Source of the DNA: an archaeon
Lineage (GTDB): Archaea; Iainarchaeota; Iainarchaeia; Iainarchaeales; CSSED10-239
Direction of reading: 5' to 3'
DNA: 32,000 nt
NCBI GenBank assembly: GCA_041677685.1
Contig: JBAYPN010000003.1
Span: 13,506 to 45,505 of the forward strand
Part shown: positions 18,301 to 26,300 of the stretch, in pieces
How positions within the stretch are numbered: position 1 is the stretch's first letter
How the letters are laid out: each line of letters begins with the position of its first letter
Translations under genes and position numbers: made by a program
Notes under the pieces: model-generated
Seen by the model: only the letters and a program-made list of their open reading frames with translations
What the model was told of the DNA's origin: nothing
Databases searched by the model: none

Positions 18301-20263
18301 CATCTCCACTTCTATTCTGTGGGACTAACATAGTATATCTAGCTTCATATTCCCCATCCATCTTTAAGTTACCATTAACTTGCTCTTGTCCTTTATAAAG
18401 TCCATTAAACACAAGCTGTGGCTTTTGTAAAGCTGAGGTGATAGGGTATAAGGTTACTTCTAAGTTTTTAGTTATTCCTGGAACCACTCTAACATACTGT
18501 GATTGAGTAGCACCATACATGTTATTTAAAGGATCAGAGATAACCACATAATAATCATTATCTGCATCTAATTCAAATTCAATTTCTCCATTTGCATTTG
18601 CAAGATCACTCTTAATGGTTGCTGGAGAAGTGCTATTCCAAACAGCACTATAAGAGTCATAAACATTAACTCTAGCATTAGGTATTATTTCTTTATTATT
18701 ATTATAAACATTTATTTTTAAATTACCCTTACTAATAACCATTGGAATAATTATAGTCTCGTAGGTTTCTGCCATTCTTACATCAAACACAAAATCAGAA
18801 GATTGGCCTTGTGAGCTTCCTTTGATTGCAACAGCATAATAATTTCCAGAAGTTATGTTAAAGGAAACATTTCCATCAAAGTTTGTAGTCTTTGGTTTAT
18901 AGTCTGTTAAAAATCCATTATCTGCATTAAATAATGCAACTTTTGCAAACTTATAACCTCTTCCATAATCATCAACAACTCTAATGTTTAATGGTTTTAG
19001 GCTATTAGGTGTTACTTCTGATATCTTAACTAACACTGGGGTTGTTGGAATTTCTGTTTGTGGTTCTACAAGTTGTGATTTTATAAAATAACCTTCCACA
19101 TCAACAACTACTCTGTAAGGTAAACTTAGATCTGAAACTGTAAATAAGATGATTCCATTTTCATCAGTGTACTTTTCTGTAATCAAAGAATCAACATTTT
19201 TTAGTGCAACATAAGCATCTGGTATTTTAACACCGTTGTCATTATCTACAACTTTTATTTTTATATAACCAGAAATATCACTTGACATTACTATTGTGTC
19301 TGTCTTATTATCAGAAAGTAAGATATTTCTAATAACAGTATTGTAGATTGGAACTGCTCTATTGTCCACAAAGTTAACAGCATAGTTTCCAGCAGCAAGA
19401 TTATTTAAAACACAAGTTCCTCCTGTGTTAGTTACACATTCTCCTGCAATAAGTCCAAAGTCATTTTTAGCAATAACTTTTATGTTTTCTATAGGGTTGC
19501 CTGAGGAATTTTTTGTAAAAACAGTATAATTAAATTCTCCACCCTCAAACCCAATTTCTTTTTCTTGCAAATAGATGGTTACTCCTTGGGTGATAAGTTC
19601 ATCATAAGCAGTATTATAACCATTAATTGTAATTGTAGCTTTTAGTTCACATTGTGAGCTTGCAACAACTGTCCCTAGACCGTTTATAATTTCAATTGAA
19701 GAAGGTGCAATTCCTCCTTGTGCACAGGTAAAGCTTGCAACTCCATTTTTATTTATTTGAACTCCTGATTGGTCAGCTACCTTAAAGTTATAAGTTACCA
19801 TGCTTTCTTGTAATTGAGGTTCTAAGGCAATAATTATTACTTCGTTATTTTCAAAGGAGAAATATGCTTTTGAGAATTTTATGTATCCTCCAATTTCATA
19901 ATCAATATCAATAATAAATTCAGAGTCTTTTAAAATACCTACTTGAGAGGTAATTCCTGAATCATCTGTAATCTCATTATAGGTGTTGTCAGAGGTTGTA
20001 ATTTGTATAGGTATTCCTGGTAAAACATTTCCTGACTCTGCATCAATTACTTTAAAGCTAACTTGGTTATAGTCAGAGCCAGTTTTCCCTCCTGAAAAAA
20101 TCAACAACAGGATTCCTGCAATAATAATTATAATTAATAAAATGACTAAAATAAAAGAAGGCATAACCTTATCTATTCTATCTGTAATTTTATATAATCC
20201 TGTTTTTTCCACAAAATTATAATATCTATCTTCAAGATTGTAATATAGCTTTCTAAGACCCAT
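15392..20263 (-). CDS. 1623-aa N-terminally anchored giant surface protein (leader motif, TM, CarboxypepD_reg-like repeats, Cys-bracketed Ig-like segments). It lacks the C-module.
   Basis: ORF track. The ATG at 20263 has GAGGA 7 nt upstream. The N-terminus is MGLRKLYYNLEDRYYNFVEKTGLYKITDRIDKVMPSFILVILLIIIIIAGILLLIF. Repeats include IKIKVVDNDNGVKIPDAYVALKN...TDENGIILF and LNIRVVDDYGRGYKFAKVALFN, which fit the known CarboxypepD_reg pattern (V.V.D..G.P...A.V.....T...G...F). Confidence 0.95.
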   Translation of the reverse strand: MGLRKLYYNLEDRYYNFVEKTGLYKITDRIDKVMPSFILVILLIIIIIAGILLLIFSGGKTGSDYNQVSFKVIDAESGNVLPGIPIQITTSDNTYNEITDDSGITSQVGILKDSEFIIDIDYEIGGYIKFSKAYFSFENNEVIIIALEPQLQESMVTYNFKVADQSGVQINKNGVASFTCAQGGIAPSSIEIINGLGTVVASSQCELKATITINGYNTAYDELITQGVTIYLQEKEIGFEGGEFNYTVFTKNSSGNPIENIKVIAKNDFGLIAGECVTNTGGTCVLNNLAAGNYAVNFVDNRAVPIYNTVIRNILLSDNKTDTIVMSSDISGYIKIKVVDNDNGVKIPDAYVALKNVDSLITEKYTDENGIILFTVSDLSLPYRVVVDVEGYFIKSQLVEPQTEIPTTPVLVKISEVTPNSLKPLNIRVVDDYGRGYKFAKVALFNADNGFLTDYKPKTTNFDGNVSFNITSGNYYAVAIKGSSQGQSSDFVFDVRMAETYETIIIPMVISKGNLKINVYNNNKEIIPNARVNVYDSYSAVWNSTSPATIKSDLANANGEIEFELDADNDYYVVISDPLNNMYGATQSQYVRVVPGITKNLEVTLYPITSALQKPQLVFNGLYKGQEQVNGNLKMDGEYEARYTMLVPQNRSGDDRFESVGAIIRTGSTVYLENDSLYIKSIEVPNAFSIKKYTQFDTDMSEPYEVDGIGDSETETDSDAKWAKVIFKETNYDNDESLEYLNAYEITATIKVKDIAVFGEELKMYYLGYGQTDNGIETYNPYTGTEDVVEYFDVYSVVSYGIGDEIFCTDDFCFSANIVDVTNDLRADVSDIYEAYPNKDYKLHFMLVNNQENKKYIDSRLLIENKDEGFNFTKILISQPNGNIYNVTPQAGDYEFDYAISSLASKQKVEGDIEFGTLLTGERHLVIKFVSDQQIQFVKEIIINVLSDKTFKVTVKPMVIPAGKDFSLLVNVKDNQTGLEVDDSIVNIKDRFLDNLINPREVGKLGEITVDGIPQQGANEKIYVYVTAPEYETYIQEITTTDKLFTITPKKLSYTLNVYNEKSKTESITINNISSLDLEIESMELLGEGLDIIDVDRINAQLVGYSGTTIKGLDTINDFPNNDDASKNIQITLNINPRAEGIREVQNLSGRLRISLRSELGDSPVWINEIPVNVVVGFDGMLDDSSCLTLSEYDWTAVAQEKPIEKQFTINNTCTMNERTVPLTGGLEAKVEFTSSPLGKFYLSVGSRSVELSHGYYKRVLDAFDRDTGYPVIVRYEPASRMKGEISGKIIFRSVNATSSGDQEIINEYNFTIDVLSLKDCVLFSKEVLTLYKNPDTFVIENKGCGADTTYRLSCDDCTGIVMQPRQAINVSETGSSNEISVTSYDAIPGQYQINVYSKLADGRGSERNVGKIKVIVRPIDSCLDLDRYEFDLFRSETSENTGLEVKAKSYDTANLINVCYQQEITGQAKLSNSSRLGMAFLSGLRDALMTAGGSALIQSSAISNLFKSKDKKLQEALDELDDILQKLRDNGCIDENGELKNINGCTPFINQYNEKLKRYNKLAGISTPAPSPIKMRFLYTNSPGQEVASSGSDTDNQNVINMVKDMIEQTKKLSNQMLPEVE

Positions 20264-20270
20264 AACTTAT

Positions 20271-20275
20271 TCCTC
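20271..20275 (-). promoter_or_regulatory. Shine-Dalgarno GAGGA, 7 nt upstream of the ATG at 20263.
   Basis: The plus strand reads tcctc at 20271-20275. Confidence 0.5.
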
Positions 20276-20296
20276 TAATTTACTAAATTTAAATTG

Positions 20297-20328
20297 TTTT
20301 CTTATTTTCTTATTTTCTTATTTTCTTA
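20297..20328 (-). repeat. Four perfect tandem copies of the 8-mer TAAGAAAA (plus strand TTTTCTTA), with a degenerate fifth unit extending to about 20335.
   Basis: Read directly from the sequence: 20297-20304, 20305-20312, 20313-20320 and 20321-20328 are all ttttctta. The array lies in the 122-nt gap between the 2342-aa and 1623-aa genes. Confidence 0.9.
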
Positions 20329-20385
20329 TTTTTTATTAATCAATTAATTTTAATTACTTTATGTTTTAATTTTATTTGTCTAATT

Positions 20386-23300
20386 TCATTTCACATAATT
20401 TAACCAAAAGTTAATTTTTGTTTGGTCAGTTTTAAAACACACATTATCTTCTTTTATTCCGTTTACCAAATCTTTAACCAATTTATAATTATATTTTTTT
20501 AGATAATCTGACATATCCTTTTCAATATTGTAAATGTACACCCCGTTATTTGTGTTTAACTTAGGATCATACTCAACAAAGTTAATATAGTCACTAGCTT
20601 TAAATTGTAGTTGATAATCAATTTCTTTTTTTCCTTGTGTATAATTGTTAGAAACAAAGACTACTTTTTTATTATAATTTTCTTTAAAGTTGTTTTCATT
20701 TCTAATAAGGTTGTAGCTTAGTGTTTGGTTCTTAATAACCAATGGTTTTATATTAAAATATTCTATGGTTGGTTTATCTTTGTTTTCTTTTCCTTCCAAG
20801 CTTAAGATATAACCTTCTTGCATCTTTTCCCAATTACTTTCATAGTAATCTTGGTTTGGAACAACAGCAACAAATGGAACTAAATATTTATTTTTATTTG
20901 GATTAATTGGATTAAAGAATAATGCATTTTCTTTATATTTAGAGTCAATTTCTGAAACATAACTTAAGATTTTTAGTTTTACTTTATTATCCTCCAATAG
21001 TTCAGCACTAACCATGTATGTTCCAGGTTTGTCAATATCTGTAATCTCAGAACTTAAGTCTAGCTCATATGAATATTTCGTTAAGAATTTTTGCTCCATC
21101 AATCCTTTATTATATGTATTTTTTAAGTCTCCAAACTTCTTTATCTTCACATCAAATTGATTTAAACCATTACCTAAACCAACATCTAATGTTGAAAATA
21201 TTTGCTTTAGATGTTCTTCATCATTATTTGTATCTAATAGACTATCTATAATTAAAAGGTATTCATTTAAGGTAAAGTAGATCTTAGTTCCTGATTTATA
21301 ATAATTAGTTGTAATTTCAGTTTTTATAAATTCTTCAAAAGCACTATCATCCTCATGTTTAACAGAGATTATTGCTAACATCTTAAATTCATCAGGTATC
21401 TTTTTTAACAATTTCACAGACACATCAATATAACCATCAAGAATACTTTCAGATTTTAAGGTTTTTCTTGCTTTTTGACAAGCACTACAATCAATCTCAG
21501 AAATAACCTCTGTATTTAGTTTAATTTCACCAAGCAAATCTTTCTCAAATTTAATGCCGCCTAATGTTACATTGTCTCCACTATTTAGGGAGATGGCATC
21601 CATCTTCTTTCCAATTGATAAATACAGTTGTTCTTGATCACAATAGTAATCATTACAAGTGTCTGTAGTAATCTCATCACTATCCCAAGAGAACAATAGT
21701 TTATCAAAACCATATTTCTTGTAATTACTTTGAGAAGTGTAACCATAGTCAGATTTAGTTCCATCAGGACTTTTACAGGTATTTTCAAAATCAATTAAAA
21801 TTTTATCAATTATCTTATCCTTCTCTTCTTCCCCATTGTCTTGAGTGTCTGTAACTAAACCTAATTTTTCTGCACCTAAGTTAGCAATCACTCCAATCTT
21901 TGTTGCTCCAAGTCTATTTGAGGAATTATCTTCTAAAGTTTCCATAATTGTAAATTGATTTTTGAACAGATCATAGACTGTAGATTCAATTTTTGTTAAT
22001 TCCTTTGTTGGTCTTTTAAAGCAAAGCTTAAAGTAATATTTTTCAACAAAGTCAATACTTACTTCTACAGGCCCCTCATTATTAAAGAACATTGATTTTT
22101 CTGAAGAAGGAATGTATGCTGCTTTTGAGGAGATCCCCTCAATTGGGAATTGATTAATTCTCCCCATAAAACATTTCTCTGAAGAGTCCTTTAAATCAAG
22201 AACATTAAATTTATCTTTAGTCAAATATTTGTCTGGAACTTTTATAAAGACTACAGGCCCATCTTTTGTAATTTCTAAAAGATATTCAAGCTCTGCATTT
22301 GTGTCTACAAACTTTAAAGTTTCTTTTGAAAATTTACTATAATCAATTTCTCCACCATAGATTCCAAACACATTTGCATTTTCTTTATTTATTAGACCTA
22401 ACCATTGTAGATTATCAATTAACTCCATACCCACATTATTAAACAAAGGCATACTCTGTGTCTTAGGTGGTTGCAACTTAATCTGTAACATAAACTTCAA
22501 AGAAACTGATTCTCCAAAATCAAAACCAAGGGTTCTTAGGCTAGAAACAATTGTTACTGCATCTATGTTTCCAGTTCTAGACTTATATTTATTTAAATAA
22601 TCATCAAGATACATTCTCTGTATTTCAGGATTTCTTTTTAAAGCAATTGACCAAGTCTCATAGATCTCTCCTGTCTGTGTGTTCTGAGTATCATAACTTA
22701 CTTTTAAAGGCTCAATTCTTCCTAAGTTTTCTGAAATATCTAAAAAGGTTACTCCATCAATTGATAAAGCATTTAGATCTAAATAGCTTATTTCTAATAG
22801 TCTATAGCCTTTAGAAAAACAAGTGTTTATTATTTTAACTTCCTCATAACCTGTTACTTTGGTAGAGAAATCTATTTTTTGAGGAGTTACTCTTATACAT
22901 TGAGATGGCATATAGCTTAGAGGTAAACTCACATCAACAGCCACATCTTTAACAAACTCATAATCTCCATCAATATCACTTGTTGGTTTTGCAGAGACTG
23001 AAAGATTAAAAGTTCCCATCTCATCATAACCAAAAACTCCAATTGTTTCTTTCTGTCCTTTCTCTAAGGTAAACTCTTTATGTTTAGAATCAACACCAAC
23101 TCCATAACCATCACTAAATTTAATGTCCACAGACTCAGAACAACTGTTCTCTATAAAGATTGGTCTTTGTGGACAGCCCATAAGGTTAGTCATCCCCATC
23201 TGTCCAACAAATGGTGAAGTTTCTAAGAAATTATAATTTTCATAACCATAAGCATTGTTTAAACCAACTCCATTATTGTAGAAGTTGTTAGGATATTGTT

Positions 23301-26300
23301 GCCCATATAAGGTTGTAAGGTTAGAGCCAACATAACCATTGTATGCTCCACCATCATAGAAGTTAGGAGAACCCATACCATTGTATGATTGGTTAAAGTA
23401 ACCTGCTCCATAATTATAATTATTGTTTGGAGAGAAATATCTATTCATGTTAAAGCCTTGAGCATATGAATTTCCAAAGTTACTATAGATTCTTGGATCT
23501 TGATATCTGTTGATATTTCCACCATAATAGTTATTGTACATCCCCTGTCCACCATACATGTTACATGCAAGAACAGCAACTCTCTCTTCAGGTAACTTTA
23601 AACATTTACTATAATTGTTAATTATTGTTTGTAAAGATAAGGTAGCCTCTAGCTCATCAACTCCATTTTGATTAACCCTAGTTGTTGAGAAGACAATCTT
23701 TGGAGACCTTAATGCAGAATCAATTTCTGCGGCTTTAAAGGTAACTTTCAAATCTACTTTCTTTTTAGCATCTATTGTTTGTAAGATTTCTGTTAAAGAA
23801 TTTCCTTCTAAGATATATTCTTTATTATTTACATATAAAGAAATAACTCCAACTTCCTTTTGGTTCTGTAGATCTAAATTTGCATATAGTTTCCCTAAGC
23901 TTACAGCTGTTCCTGAAACCTTACAGTTGTTCTGAAGTGTAAAGCTTGCTTCTGCTTGTTTACCGTTTGTTGTTCTTAACTCCAAACTAACAGGATCAAG
24001 TAACAAACAATCAACTGAGTCTAAAGCATTTCCAAACACAACTCTGATGTTAATAGGAATTTTCACAGTCCAAAACTTGTTTAGAGCAGAGCTATTTAAA
24101 GTAACTAACAAGTTTGTAACAATATTTTGTTGAACCTCAAGATTAATACCTTCTTCTGTTAGTGATGTCTTTAAAGAGATGTTTACCTGCTCTAAAGAGT
24201 CTATAAGGTTTTCTTGAGAAGTCACACTAAGATTAATAAAATCATTTTTATTTTCTAGGCTTAGGTTGGTAATTGCCAAAGGCAAAGCAGTATTATTAAT
24301 AAGACTAAAATTATTAATATTTACAAGTTCTTTAGAAAGATCAAGAACAACATCTACTTTTTCAGGAACTACAGATATCAGGTTGTTTGTGATTTCAAAG
24401 ACTTGCTCAATTCTCTTATAACCATTCTTTCTAACAATAACAGTTACAGAATCCCCTAAGTCCAATGCTGGCAAAATAAAACCATACAATCCTTTTTGGT
24501 CAGTAACAACTCCACTCTCAATTGTTTGCTCATTATTAATTTTAATAATAACATCTGCATTTGAGATTGGAACATTACCATCATCAGTCACAGCAATGAT
24601 TGTGTCATTTGGAACAAAAGGTGCAAAGGTTCTAGGCACAATCTCTAAGTTCATGGTCTTTGATTTTACAATGTCTAAAAGTATTGTTTTTGTAAATACA
24701 ATTTCTCCATCTGAAAGTAGATTAAAAGTAATTACATCTTCAGCATCAGAAACAATATTAAAATTAATAACTCCACTAATGTGGTCATTTGTTCCAAGTG
24801 GGCCTAACTCTATAGAGTCAAAGTTCTCTCCTTTTAAAAGATTAGAACCAACAGCATCTATTGAGTAGTCTTTTAGTAAAACACTTGAACCTGTAGTTAT
24901 ATTTAAAGTTGCATTCTGTAAGGCTTTACTTGCAATATTTAAATTGAATGAAAATTTATGAGAGGTGTTTGCTTGTGCTGAATATTTGTCAATTATGTTT
25001 TTTGTTAGTTTTGTATTCTCATTAAATATTGAGAAATTATAACAAAGTATAGAATCACAAAAATTAGATTGACCAGTAAATATTTGAGTCTCTTTTGTGT
25101 AAGCATATAAAGATTGTTTAGTTGAGGTTAATAATCCAGTCCCTAACTTAGAATCAATTGGGTATCTTAAAACAGAGTTGCCTTGTTTAAACTCAGCCCT
25201 GTAGAACAAAGGAAGAGTTCCAACAGCATCATTTCCAATTACCAAGTCTGCATCTACTAAGTAGGTTCCTTGGTAAGGGTTGTCTATAACAACATTAAAC
25301 CATTTTGCATCTCTATTAGTTTTTATTTTCAGATCTGTAAGTTCTCCAAGGCAAGGAGTATAGCTGGTTGACCCATAGATCTTGTTTCCTGCAAAATCAA
25401 TTTTCTTAATATAAATTGAGTCTTGTTCCATAAGGTTTGTTTGATTATCACATTGATTTCCTTTTCCTGTTCTTATGTGTGCAACAACTTGTGAATAATT
25501 GTTATTTACATTTACTAAAAATCTTGCCTTTACACTTTGACCAGGACTAACACTTGAGACAATCTCTCCCTTATTATCAAAAAGTCCTAAAAATTCAATG
25601 TTTGAGGAACTACTAACCTTTGGTAAAACTATGTTAACATTATTTACAGTGTTTGCTTCTACCCCATACTTGGTTGTGAAAAATTTACTTTCATAATTAT
25701 CAATTACAAAGTAAACAACTTTGTCAGCTCTAACTCTTACTAAAGTATTTCCTTCGGTGTCTGTTAGGCTTCTTTTTCCTGAAATCTCAAGATTATTAAA
25801 AGTATCATAAATTGAAACATTTGTTGAAATTGGGTCCCCAAATTCATCTCTAACATTTACATTAAAAGTTCCTTCTCCAATGCTCATCTTTAAGATCTGC
25901 TCATTAACCTCTCTTTCAAAGATCATAAATGGATTTGAGATTCCTGAAGAGAACTTTCCTTTAACAGCCTCTAACCTATATGATTTTTTTGGATCTAAAT
26001 TTGTAATTACAGCTTTTCCATAAACATCAGCAACTGTTGTTTTTAGAACAGTATTATTTTCAGAGTCAAGTAGTTTTATGTCAGCAAACTCAACTGGTTT
26101 TGAGAAGTCATCAACAACAGTTATTAACAGTCCTCTAATTGTTTCTAGATTAATTATGTCTAATCTAATTGTTTGAACATTTTCACTTTTTCGTAAATTA
26201 TTTTCAACTCTAAAAGTATAATTTGCATTATCAAAAGTAACCTTATAAGAAATATTTTCTTCTAAACCAAAAGTAACCAAACCTTGTTCATCAGTCATTT

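Noticed and set aside
20297-20335. Possibility that the tandem 8-mers are a CRISPR array or minisatellite-encoded peptide.
   Set aside because: The units are contiguous with no spacers and only 8 bp long. The array lies in a 122-nt intergenic gap and has no ORF.
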